DNA of 64,000 nucleotides from the NCBI RefSeq assembly GCF_037042905.1, contig NC_087263.1:8062001-8126000 (forward strand). The letters run 5' to 3'. This DNA is from Lytechinus pictus (Eukaryota). Shown in pieces: positions 37,403 to 49,889 of this stretch (the stretch's first letter is position 1; every line of letters starts with the position of its first letter). Both the position numbers and the translations under genes were made by a program. The notes beneath the pieces are model-generated. The model did no database searches, was not told the DNA's origin, and worked only from the letters and a program-made list of their open reading frames with translations.

Positions 37403-40400
37403 ACGAACTGAAGCTTTATTTAATATCAGTGGTTATTTACTTCTTCATGTTGATAGAAATAATATGAAAGGTGGTGGTGTTGCTATATATATAAAAGAAT
37501 CTTATCAATCTTTTTATCAGGAAAGACTTACAATTTGTGAGTAATAGCGCTGAATCATTATTTGTTGAAGTTGAAAATTGTAATTCCAAAAATTCTGTTA
37601 TAGGTGTTGTTTATCGACCACCCCACTTAAATACTGAATCCTTCTTCTCTGATATAGATATTATTCTTCATAAACTTACAACCGAAAATAAAGATATATA
37701 TTTATCTGGTGATTACAATATTGATATTCTAAATATTAATAAACAAAGCCAAACATTTGTCAATGTATTGAATTCGTATGCATTATATCCTTTTATAGAT
37801 AAACCAACACGTGTTTCTGCTGTAAGTTCTACTTTAATCGATAATATTTTTTCCAACACTGACAAGCGACATATTTCATCTGGTATATTATATTCTGATG
37901 TTTCTGACCATCTTCCTATATTTATTATCACTACACTTGGACAAAGTAAAAAGCCTGCTACAAATATTACTTATATTCGAAAGATGTCTCCTGAGAATAT
38001 GCAAAATTTTATAACCGAACTTGAAGCCGAATCTTGGGTTAATGTTTTATCCTGTAATGACGTTGATATAGCATATAAATTATTTATTGATAAATTGCAT
38101 TGCTGTTTAAACCATACAATTCCAAAAGTTAGACGAAAAAGGTCATCAAAAACTCCTAGAAAACCATGGATTACTTTTGGGATTGTAAAGTCAATTCGAA
38201 AAAGGAACAAACTTTATAAAACTAGTTTGAAGAATCCTTCCTCTGAAAATATTAGTAAATATAAAAGATATAGAATTTTTTTAACATGTATCATAAGAAA
38301 TGCAAAGAAAACATATTATTCACAAAAATTTGAAAATGCTAAAGGAGATATGTCAGCTACTTGGAAAAATATTAACGAATTATTGGGGAAAGCAAAGGAT
38401 GCTAATTTAAATCATAAATATTCATTGATATTGTTAACGGTTTTAATGATTATTTTGTTAATGTTGGGCAGGAACAAGCATTAAAAATACCACATACCAC
38501 AACTAATTTTGCAGATTATTTACGCAATTCATGTCAACATACATTGTTTTTTAATCCAACAAATTCTGAGGAAATATTGAAAATCGTAAACAATCTTAAA
38601 AACAGTCGTTCTTTTGGACATGACGAGATTAGTAATTTTCTCTTTAAAAAGATTATATTAAGCATTATAACTCCTTTTGTTCACATATGTAATATTTCAA
38701 TGTCAACCGGAATTTTTCCACTTCATATGAAAATTGCGAAAATCATTCCAATTTATATAAAGGATGATCGGACACTCATTGAGAATTATCGCCCTATCTC
38801 TATTCTTTCGTCATTTTCAAAAATACTTGAACGTCTTGTTTACAATAGATTAGTTTAATTTTTGTCATTACATAATTTATTAAATCCATCCCAATATGGT
38901 TTTCGCAAATTTCATTCTGCTGATCTAGCTCTTGTTGATCTTTATGATAAAATTTCTTCTCTTTTAGCAAAAAAGGAACATGTAATTTGTGTTTTCATGG
39001 ACTTAAGTAAAGCGTTCGATACCCTGGATCACACTATATTGCTTTACAAATTAAAATATTTTGGTGTTAGAGGTACTACTCTTAATTGGTTTAATAGTTA
39101 TATTTCAAATAGGCAACAATTTACATGTATAAATTCAGTAAGTTCTAATTCACAGTATATTAATTGTGGTGTGCCTCAAGGCTCAATTCTGGGCCCGCTT
39201 TTATTTCTTCTGTATATAAATGACATAGTATATTCTTCACCCTTATTACAATATATTCTTTATGCTGATGACACAACAGTTATTTCTTCAAACTCGAATA
39301 AAAGAATGCTTTTTGAAATGTTGAATAATGAATTGCCCAAAATATCCACATGGTTCCAAAGTAATAAATTGTCTTTAAATTTGCAAAAAACATATTATAT
39401 TGATTTCAAGAACTCCAAAATAATAGCTGATCATTATACAGAAGAAATAAAGATAAGTGGGATTTCTATCGGACAAAAATATAATGTGAGATTTTTAGGT
39501 GTCATTCTAGATGAGTTTTTAACATGGGATGACCATGTATCTAAAATATTGACGTCTGTATCAAGATGTATAGGTATAATGTTTAAAGTTAAACACTATT
39601 TACCTCCTCAAGCATTACTCTCAATTTATAATTCTATTTTACTTCCACATATCACTTATTGCAATATTGTATGGGGCTCATTCAAATAAAAAAATCACCA
39701 TATCCTTTTACTTCAAAAGAAAGCTATTCGTTTGTGTGCCGACGCTGGTTTTTATGAAAATACTGGTCCCCTCTTTAACCGTTTCAAGACTTTAAAAATT
39801 GATGATATACATAAATTTCAAATTGCTTTGTTTATGTTTAAGTTTCACTGTCGCCAATTACCATTAACATTTGATCATATGTTCCTTTTGAATTCGTTTA
39901 TTCATAATTATCCTACGAGAACCTCAACAAATTTACATTTATCAAATCCGCTAACTGCCTTAGCCCATAGGTCAATAAGACATACTGGTCCAGATACCTG
40001 GAATGATATACCTTTAACTATACGTGGTGCACCTACATTGAACAAATTTAAGTTTGAGTTTAAGCATTCCATTATTAGCACTTATTTGAGTTAAGATATT
40101 GTTCTATCATCAGTTTCATGACTTTCATCATATTGCATACTTTATTTTTTGTATTATTTTATACGACGTATCTATGTTAAACATAGTAATATTAATCGAT
40201 ACACGGCTGGTGTGTTATTATCATTTGATTTATTCTTGACATGCTTGATGTGTTTTCCTTTTGGCCCTGCTTTTACTGTAATTTTTAAATATGACTTATA
40301 TTGATTTTATTCAGGGCCGTAGTCTTTCTTGAGGGGCGTCCTTTTCAAGCCTTGTGCTTATGACTGTTCCCTCCCATGCACTGATTGTTTATTGTTATTT

Positions 40401-40484
40401 TACCATGAGATATTGTCAATATATTTTCTGTTGTATGATTTATTTTTGCATGGAAGTAAAGAATCAAGAATCAATCAATCAAAC
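37403..40484 (+). mobile_element. CR1/L2-group (Crack-like) LINE, 5'-truncated and disabled
   Basis: APE motifs GGGVAIY, VYRPP, GDYN, TLIDNIF, SDHLP. RT motifs NYRPIS, QYGFR, DLSKAFD, GVPQGSILGP, YADD. Frameshifts near 37530 and 38430, stops at 38856 and 39687, and an (AATC)n tail. Confidence 0.92.
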
Positions 40485-41081
40485 AAGAGAGTTGGGGTCT
40501 TTGTTACTTTTCCACCAGTTTTAATTAACTGGGTCTGGAGAAAAGATTAAGCTCGATTCTCATTTTATTCCACTAGAATATCATTATCTTAGTTTGGACT
40601 TAGTTTGAAACTACCGGGTCTGGAAAAAAGACTTTGGACGTATATTATAATTTTTGAATTAACCGGGTCTGGAAAAAAGACTTTGGACGTATATTATAAC
40701 TTTGAAACAACCTGGTCTGGGAAAAAGACTTTGGACTTTTGTGCTATATGAACGCATTACTATAGGATTTTAGTTTAGAACGGATTCGCCAAAAATCCCT
40801 TCAAATTTATTACATTTGTGGGAAAAGTCATTATTACATTTGTGGGCGATCAAAAATATAACATTTGTGGGTAAAGTGCATTATTACATTTGTGGGTGAA
40901 ATTATTACATTTTTGGGTAAAGTGTTATTACATTTGTGGGCGATTATTACATGTGTGGGTGTAACACCCCTCTCCTCTTTCTCCCTCAATTTTTGTTTAA
41001 TTATTTTCTCTATTTTCTTAATTATTATAATTATTTGTTTTTATGTGATCAGAAATTGACATACCACCCAGAGTGCTATTG

Positions 41082-41227
41082 TTAGTAGAAGTAGTAGTAG
41101 TAGCATCAGCAGCAGCAGCCGCAGTAGTAGTATTAGTAGTAGTAGTAGTAGTAGTAGTGGTAGTAGTAAGTAGTAGTAGGTAGTAGTAGTAGTAAGTAGT
41201 AGTAGTAGTATTCTAGTAGGAGTAGTA
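41082..41227. repeat. (AGT)n/(AGC)n microsatellite
   Basis: Read directly from the sequence. Confidence 0.9.
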
Positions 41228-41545
41228 ACATTACTCAGGGTCCGCGGATCGGTTTTGAAAGTGTGGGGGGGGGGGCGGACTGACCATGCAAACAATCACA
41301 ATCGTAGTTATGGTATTTTTTAAAGTTTTGTACACGGTTTGGGGAGAAAGTGGGGAGGGGAATGAACCCCCCCCCCCGGTTCTGCGGCCCTTGTAATTTA
41401 CATTATAATCATCATCATCAATAGTAAGCTATTATCGTCATCATTATTATCAACATCGTCATCATTATCAGCATTACTATTGATATTACTATCATCCATA
41501 TTTTTATATTATGGTTTGATATACTGCACATTTGTTTCGATGTAG

Positions 41546-41700
41546 GGAGTGGTCAGATATGCAACACGCCTAATTGGAGAGAATTTGGCAAGAACCAGTA
41601 CCTTTTCGTGAATGATCCGGGTAGAACATGGAATAATGCTAAGGAATATTGCCGTTCACAGGGCGGAGACCTCGCAGTTATAACTTCTCATGAACAAAAC
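41546..41700 (+). CDS. C-type lectin gene exon: CTLD1 part 1
   Basis: gtag| acceptor and |gtaagt donor, phase 1-0. Translates QICNTPNWREFGKNQYLFVNDPGRTWNNAKEYCRSQGGDLAVITSHEQN. Not in the supplied ORF track. Confidence 0.92.
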
Positions 41701-41954
41701 GTAAGTACTTTTTTCAGCTGTTAACACATCCATGTTTAAGGCAATACGTCGATTTTTTTTATGTCACTTTGTTTAGATATTCATACAGGATCAGATAACA
41801 TATACAATAAAACATTTACATCATTGAAACATTTAAACCTAATTTACAAACATAAGTAACAGAGGAAGTAAAAGTAGTCCACATCCCGGCGCATTACTGC
41901 CGAGGCATTTCATCAAAATCGGATGTAAAATAAGAAAGGTATGACATTTTAAAT

Positions 41955-42467
41955 TGTACAACGCCTACTTAGCTTGTTGTACGCGAGCAAATGGGAGGCT
42001 GAATGTCAAACATTCGTACCGTTGCACACAAGACGTACCATCCAAAATGTACCGTCCAAAATGTACCGTTGCACGGCTTTAGGAGGTGACGTCACAATAC
42101 GATTTAATTCATTGCGCTCGGTAAAAATGAACAATACGCGTATAAGTCAGCTGGCTAAATGCGCAAGGCTGCCCAAGGTCATGCGCGCTTGTGGGATTTT
42201 GCTTTCTGCTTTCGGTATTTTTGCTCCCTTTTCATAGATTACTATAGGGATAAACTCTTTGTTTTTTCATATTTTCGCTAAATTCCGAGGCGTTGTACAA
42301 CACAAATAGCGAATATTCTTATTCGTGCAATGGTGCGAGATTTCGCATTCGGTGAAAGAAAGAAACGCTCTATTCAACTCGGCTCACGCCTCGTTGAATA
42401 GAGCATCTTTCTTTCACCTCATGCGAAATCTCGCACCATCGCACTCATGCCTATTCGCTATTTGTAT
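41955..42467. mobile_element. Element with short inverted repeats and a terminal hairpin of about 165 bp (possibly Crypton-type non-autonomous)
   Basis: TGTACAACGCCT / AGGCGTTGTACA inverted pair, and a hairpin at 42302-42466 with apex CTCGGCTCACGCCTCG. Confidence 0.6.
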
Positions 42468-43404
42468 ATTGGTGCTTTCAATACGCACATTGTGGTTGGT
42501 ATGCAAATGAGGGGACTGGTGACATCACCACTTAATGTTTCTTTTGTTTTTCATTTTATGAAATATGAAACACTTTAATTTTCTCCACATTTACATGTGA
42601 AACATATTTTTATTCATCCCTGAACATGTGGAATTATCATCAGTGAAGTTGGTGATAATTGTCGTATCTGAAAAAAATAAATATCGTCTGAAATTCAAAA
42701 CAATCAAAAACAAAATAAATAGTGAGTGAGGGACATCACCGATTCTCTCATTTGCATATCGCTGACTTGTGCACATAAATTTTAAGTGAAAAATAGGCGA
42801 AACCTAAAATGTCAGAACTTTCTTATTTCACACCTGATTTTGATGAAATTTTTATCGTCATGCTTCGGAATGATTTTCTATTGATTCAAAGACCATTCTT
42901 CCGACGTGGACTTAATTTTTTTATTTGAACTATACATGAATGTATCACTTTGTCATATTCTTGATATGAAATCGCACTTTTAAAGGCCACAGGTCAATCA
43001 AGCTTTGGTATACAAATTATTAAGTTATCATTATAATTAAATAATTTAAGTTCTTGCTCCGGTAAATGAATGTTTTACGGAAAAAACAAATTTCAGAATT
43101 CTGTGTAGCAATTTGGCGAACGTCATGTAGCTATACCAGATGGAAAAAAAAAAATCAAAATCAATGAAGGAGGGGATATTATTTATTAAGTTGAAAAATG
43201 CGACTGTTTTTTTTCTCGATATTTCGTGTAGAAGCTTTGTGTTACCCACCTAGCGCTGTCTTAAAGCAAACATGATTAACCTGACCGACAAATGAGGCCC
43301 GGAGTACCCCTTGGACATATGAAGAGATGGACATTCAACGCTTAGATAATGAATTCACCAAAAGGGTGACTGTTATCGTCATCTGAATAACATTCCCTTC
43401 ATAA

Positions 43405-44530
43405 ACTAGGTTCCAAAAGAAACTTATTAAACTTCACAAACGCCATACACAAATTCCACTCAGTCAAAATGATCGAAATTTTGACACAAACTAGCTTCAA
43501 TAATAATTTTTTAAGCACAAGTCATGTAAAAAATTAAGAGATTGGTTCAATCACTAGGAGGCTGTAGCCCCTCGAATCCATTGGTATCGGAGATAGGATT
43601 ACACAGTTTACTAAAGTTCACAAATTGACCATTGCCATGTTTAAAGGCATTGTTTAACTTTGTGAGCAGCCGATTTAAAAAAATTCTCAAACCAAGATGA
43701 AAATGTGTACAATTGCATGTATCAGATCTTATAATATAAACCATGAAAACAACCATTATTGAGAATGAAAAGCTAAAACAACAAGGCAAACCCCGATTTT
43801 TCTAAATAGGCGTCTTATAGACGCCTAAATAGTACACATAAGTGTATGGGATGAAATTAAGATGGTGTTTCCGGTTACTTTATATTTCAACTTTTGAAGC
43901 ACTAAATAATTATTTTCGAACGCATTTTTTTCTGGGCTTCATTTTTGTAACATATCACAGACACATGTGACAAGTGTGACCTTCTATCTCAGATTTGTTT
44001 AAAGTCAAACCAATGTTAACCAATCATTTCAATGTTATTGATAGCCTCAATAACTAAGAAGTTTGAGGAACATTTCAAACACACTTAATGGGGTGAAAGA
44101 AGCATAATACCTGAATGGACTCAATAGCAGTCAAGCAAAGAATTACCATTTTGGTTTAATCCCATCTCATTTCCATTGGTCTTTCTTTTGCCATTTTGTG
44201 ACTTTGGATTCCGGAACCAATTGATTTGAGGGACTACAGCAGTAGCGTACCGTGACTCGGAGGAGACAAAGCATTGGGGGGGGGGGGGCAAAGCATTGTT
44301 CACAGACAATGCACTGCCCCCCCCCCCCCAATGCTTTGTCTCCTGCGGTTCACGGTACGCTACTGGACTACAGCCTTGTTCTCAAACCAATCTCTTAATT
44401 ATTGACACGTGCTTGGTAAAGATTATTCAAGCTAGCAGCTAGTCCGTGTCAAAATTGTGTTTATTTGACTGAGTTAAATTTGTGTAGTGCGCTTGTGAAG
44501 TTTGATAAGTTTCTTTTAGATCCCAGTTTA
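43405..44530. mobile_element. Old MITE with TIRs of about 140 bp, containing a Kolobok-like insert (about 43645-44030) and a hAT MITE
   Basis: About 43405-43548 is the degenerate reverse complement of about 44385-44530. Confidence 0.55.
44240..44365. mobile_element. 126-bp palindromic hAT MITE
   Basis: TIR CAGTAGCGTACCGTGA and a perfect 8-bp TSD GACTACAG. Confidence 0.9.
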
Positions 44531-45442
44531 CTTGTCTACTTTGGTCCTATGATCGTTACCGTGAAAAGGCCCTGAAGCCGTTCGTGATCGGAGCTTTATA
44601 ATGCTGAAACAGGGTATCAGCCAACAAAACTAAGACCGGGGAAACCGATCCGTTTTTAAGTGATCAGATACGTCTTGGTCGTCATGGTAATTCCTATTGT
44701 CACAACACATGTATGTTCTTAGATATACATAACCAGGTGACGGTGATTGGATCAAAGAAATGCTCGCGTTAACCGTCCATCTCTTCATAGGTCCATTGTG
44801 AAACATTTCTTTTTTTTTTTCGATCGCGATCATCACGAAAAGCGATATCGATAGCCCAAAAATATATATCATAAACTTCATAAATATATTATAAATTTCA
44901 TTCAGTTTCTTTGATGTTGGGGATAAATTTTTCTGCATAAATATTGAAGTATAATTTTGTGAATTTATATTGGTTATAAATGGCTAATATTTACTTTTTT
45001 GTTACTGAATTTATCCACTGTATATGAATATGTTATTACTATGACATTTTGTACGTTTATTTGTATGATGAACAATTATCTTTTGTGAACGGTGTTTTGT
45101 TGATATTGATATTGTAATATTTTGCAATGTACCATTACTTTGATTTTAAACTAAATGATTTAATAAATATCATTACAAAAGAAAATCATAGGGTCAGGCG
45201 GGTTACGTCAATGCAACATTTGTTTGTTTGTTGTTTTTATTCTTATCTTAAACAGACCTAAGCAATAGGGAGTTTTCGCACAACGACGTATGGACGATCA
45301 AAGAGAAATGTGTTGTCACATTTGACGGGCATTTTCGAAACATTTACAGTGTTCTTAAATCCTCCGTACTTCACGAAGAGAATACTACCTATTATTTGTA
45401 TTCAGCTAACGGTTTTGATGTTATCTCTATTCATTTTCAAAG

Positions 45443-45555
45443 TCTTTCTTGAACACTTATACACTGAAAAAAACGACTGGATATAACTACTGGATAGGCC
45501 TGAGTTACAAAGATAGTGACGGGAAATACACGTGGGTAAACAACACGCCATCAGG
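45443..45555 (+). CDS. C-type lectin gene exon: CTLD1 part 2
   Basis: caaag| acceptor and |gtaagt donor, phase 0-2. Translates SFLNTYTLKKTTGYNYWIGLSYKDSDGKYTWVNNTPS, containing the WIGL motif. Confidence 0.92.
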
Positions 45556-45809
45556 GTAAGTGTTTAAAAAATAATCCGTTCCCCATTACAAATACCAAAG
45601 GGAGGGGTGCAAAAACCGGTATAGGCCTATCGCAAATCCGTGTTATTATTTTTTTTCCTAAAAATTCACTTTGATAAATTTTCCGCGTATACTGGAACTT
45701 TTCGCTCGCTCTTATCAAGTGAAGGCTGTCAGAAATGTTCAATAAGAGTGCACATATTTTCTTTACTCACTGCGCTATTGTTTCATGAGGAGAAAAAAAT
45801 TATCCGTAC

Positions 45810-46575
45810 ATTATTTCGTTCCCACGAAATATAATTTCGTGGCCACGCAGTATTATTTCGTGGCCACGCAATATTATTTCGTTCCCACGAAATACTATTT
45901 CGTGGCCACGCAATATTATTTCGTTCCCTCGAAATACTATTTCGTGGCCACGCAATATTATTTCGTTCCCACGCAATACTATTTCGTGGCCACGCAATAT
46001 TATTTCGTTCCCACGAAATACTATTTCGTGGCCACGCAATATTATTTCGTTCCCTCGAAATACTATTTCGTGGCCACGCAATATTATTTCGTTCCCACGC
46101 AATACTATTTCGTGGCCACGCAATATTATTTCGTTCCCACGAAATACTATTTCGTTCCCAAGCAATATTATTTCGTTCCCACGCAATATTATTTCGTTCC
46201 CACGCAATATTATTTCGTTCCCACAAAATATTATTTTGTTCCCACGAAATATTATTTCCCCTCTCTCCGATCTATACTATTTCGTGGCCACGCAATATTA
46301 TTTTGTTCCCACGCAATATTATTTCGTGGCCACACAATATTATTTCGTTCCCACGCAATATTATTTCGTTCCCACGCAATATTATTTCGAAATAGAACGA
46401 AATAATATTGCGTGGGAACGAAATAATATTTCGTGGGAACGAAATAATATTGCGTGGCCACGAAATAGTATAGATCGGAGAGAGGGGAAATAATATTTCG
46501 TGTGAACGAAATAATGTTTCGTGGGAACGAAATAATATTGCGTGGGAACGAAATAATATTGCGTGGGAACGAAAT
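45810..46575. repeat. 21-bp tandem repeat array arranged as a foldback
   Basis: Unit TATTATTTCGT(TC/GG)CCACGCAA; the orientation flips at about 46388. Confidence 0.95.
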
Positions 46576-46958
46576 CTTGTTTGAATGTCCGTCAATGTCC
46601 TGCACATTTTGATAAATTTACCAAATTGTGTCGTAACATTTTTATGGCACATTATGGAACTTTTCAAAAATGTACAATTTACTAAAATGTACAACAAGCT
46701 AGTGGTCAAATAAATCGGACTATGGTTGTTCCCATAGTTAGGAATGAGAGCATAATCAACCGCTTTTCCTCCGCAAACAACAAAATTAGCACTCGGCTTT
46801 CTCCCTGCCCCTCCCGTCCTTTGTAGAATTTCTAGTCAAGCGGACCTCCTTAGTCGTAAGTATATTTGTTAATGAATGAATGCACCTATAAACATGATAA
46901 ATATGTAATTATATCTATTTTTTTTCTCAACTATACTTTTTTGTTTACCTCTACAAAG

Positions 46959-47083
46959 GTATTGCAATCTAAGACCCGAGGGCAAGGAAGGAGGATGTGT
47001 TCGGCTGAGGACGGATCACTCAGGACAATGGGAGGGCAGCGGCTGCGCAGACAGCCGTGTTTATATTTGCCAGCGTGATTCAG
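46959..47083 (+). CDS. C-type lectin gene exon: CTLD1 part 3
   Basis: caaag| acceptor and cag|gtgatc donor, phase 2-1. Translates YCNLRPEGKEGGCVRLRTDHSGQWEGSGCADSRVYICQRDS. Confidence 0.88.
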
Positions 47084-47998
47084 GTGATCTAACGTGAAAA
47101 TGAATATTCCACAGTCCACACATTAGCTCGGTGGTAAGGGGTTCTCCTCTATTTTTTGTTTAGTTCAAAAATATTTTGTGAGTCTTTCAAAACCGTTCAG
47201 CGGTTTTAAAAGAATCACAAAATATGTTGAACTTGTGGTCGTCTTCGCCAGCCAGGGGAATCGCCCCCCCCCCCCCCTGCCCGTGGACGAGAATATCAAC
47301 TATAACATTTCCCTTGTAATTATATAATAATGACTATCCTTAGGGGAACATAAAATATATTGCCCGCAATATAATTATATTAGCCCGAGTCTTTAGACAA
47401 GGGCAATATGGTTCCTTTAAATATATTTGATGTTTCCCGAAAGAAGACCCAGTCAGAATTTTTATTACTATCCAAATCAGACATCGAGAGCAAAATCGTG
47501 AAAATTTTGATTTTTTACCGTGTAAGAATTTGGTTTTATTTTTTTCATGTTGAGGAAATTGTGCTTGTTAGCTTAATCATTGTGACTTATTTGAAATGTC
47601 GCTGTATCCATCAGATTGACATTATGACGTATATTGTGCTTCGCGGATCAACATGACACGTATCTCTGTCTCCGCTTCCTCAGATACCCGGATGTGAGAC
47701 AAAGGTATAAAGGTATATTTTACAAAGTCTTTGCATGCAAAGTCATACAGACCGATGAAAATACGAATAATATACCTATCTCTTCCGATATTCATAAAAT
47801 CTTGGGCAATACGGTTTCGTAAATGACCTGCTCAGGTGTCTGATACGGTAAAATGAACTTTCATGTATTTCATAGTTTGTATAATTGCTTGAATTTTAAG
47901 ATATCGAAATATTTTGCTTAGATGCATAATTTTTTTTTTCATTCTAATTCAATGGACAGGTTTCTCAGTTGAAATAAACATAAATTTTCATTTTGCAG

Positions 47999-48135
47999 AT
48001 CCTCGTTGTTCTTGGAACCAGTACGGGCAATCATTTTATCGCTTCATGGGAGATGGGAGGAGTTTTGATTCAGCACAGACTGAATGCGCGAGCATCGGAG
48101 GAAGATTGGCGATTATCAGATCAACAGAAATTAAT
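47999..48135 (+). CDS. C-type lectin gene exon: CTLD2 part 1 (later exons not found in the window)
   Basis: tgcag| acceptor and |gtgagt donor, phase 1-0. Translates PRCSWNQYGQSFYRFMGDGRSFDSAQTECASIGGRLAIIRSTEIN. Confidence 0.9.
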
Positions 48136-49390
48136 GTGAGTCAGTGAATGTTATGATCGGGCATGATGACCAATATAATTTATGATTTTCTTGAAAATAT
48201 TCGAAGCCTATTCACGTTTCCCTTTTAAATGAAATAATGTTGCGTTATGTGAAACTCAATTATTCATATACTCAACACCGTTTAATGAGAAGTCACATGT
48301 ACATGTATTTCAATGAACTTCGTGAATGCCTTGTAGTTTTATTTGAGAACGGGACCCTAAAATGACAACAACAAAAAATAAAGCAACTGGTGTTCTCACG
48401 TGATTCCTTTTCGTTTACCTGAGCAAAACATATTCTTAAAGGGATGCTCCGGGCTGAAAATAATTATTTCTCAATAAATAGAGTAAAATTTACAAAGCAA
48501 AATGCCGAAATTTCATCGAAATCAGATGACAAATAACGAAGTTATTGAATTTTCAAGGTTTGCAATATTCCGGTCAAATATAGTTATAAGCATGTCTTCA
48601 TGAATATTCATTAGGTGGGCTGATGATGTTACATCCCCACTTATTTCTTTTTCTTATGTTACTATATGGAATCATAATTGTTTCCTTTAGTCATATTGTG
48701 TAAATGATGTGTCTCCATTATCATGAAATAAGTTGCAGCAAGAAAGAAATAATGCACTTAATCAGTAATCAATCCAAGTGTTTTAGTTCTTGGTAGAAAA
48801 TTTTTGAATAAACCTAATTTCATATGATAAAACACAAAAGAAAAAGTGGCGATATGACATCATCAGCCCATCTAATGAACAAACATGAAGGAATGCCAAG
48901 AACTGTTTCACCGGAATAATGTTAATATTTAAAATTCGATAATGAAATAATGAAAATATATTACTTCCTACATCTCACATTATCTTTTTCCTGATTCTAG
49001 TTGGTAGTATTCACAAATAGACACCCATGACTTAAAGTATCCACCAATTCAAAATACCTATCTCCCTGTTTCAGTTATTGTGTAATTATTATTTATGTTA
49101 TCATCATTATTCAAAAATCATTTAGTTTAAAGGCTATCTTTAGTTTCAGTAACACCCCCCCCCCCAAACACACACACATCATGTCATTATTCTATTTCAT
49201 TAGTACATGTATATTAATGTTTATGCCCAAAAATGGTTGTGGTGTGAAGGATATTAACTAAGAGCGTTTTATTGGATATATTTTACTTTACATTATAATT
49301 CACTTTGATCAGGTACCTGGGGTGGTATTCTGAGATCCATTTTATCTCAGATAATAAACAAATATATCAGGCTTTGAGGAAGTATAGTGG

Positions 49391-49889
49391 AATTATTTAT
49401 CCGAGGTTGGTCTGGCAATTACTATTTTTCCCGAGGGGCGAAGCCCCGAGGAAAATATAGTAGTTTTGCCAGTCCAACGGAGGATTAATAATTCCCACTT
49501 TGCTTTCGAATGAAACGCCTGGTATATTTGTTTTATATCCTACTTTTGATAATTTACAACCAAAATATATGTGTTGAGCTTGCAAAGTCCGGTTACTTGA
49601 GTTGAATTACCTACTTTTCTCCGAGCCACCGCGCTCAGCGGAACGCAGATTACATGCCTGCGCCGACGCATCGCTGGACTTGAATTACCCGGGAGAGAGA
49701 GCGCGCTGGCCGGTGCGCCCGAGAGTTTAGCTAGATATCCAGTTTTTGCGAAATAATGACGTCAGACCTCGATATATCCAAAAATATATCGAGGTCTGAC
49801 GTCACGCAACATCATAGTTGAAATATATTAGGTCACATGATGCTACTTGAACCAATCACTATACAGGATTTACTATATGTAGGATATAA
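49391..49889. mobile_element. Hairpin-plus-inverted-repeat element (possibly Crypton-type non-autonomous)
   Basis: Terminal hairpin at 49391-49492 with apex GGGGCGAAGCCCC, and inverted pair TTATATCCTAC / GTAGGATATAA. Confidence 0.6.

Larger units (their letters stand above)
26854..40966. mobile_element. 14.1-kb foldback non-autonomous DNA element (Ginger2/TDD-like termini) hosting nested insertions
   Basis: TGT...ACA ends and a 5-bp TSD CCCCT (26849-26853 and 40967-40971). TIRs longer than 250 bp are built from CCCACAAATGTAATAA repeats followed by 49-bp units. Confidence 0.85.

Noticed and set aside
37344..37544. ORF that seems to give the LINE endonuclease an ATG
   Set aside because: Its first ~20 codons are antisense Penelope sequence across the junction, and it frameshifts shortly after.
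45783..46709. ORFs of 85-206 aa with 7-residue periodicity
   Set aside because: A 21-bp stop-poor unit gives open frames on both strands. The region is intronic and has no splice support.
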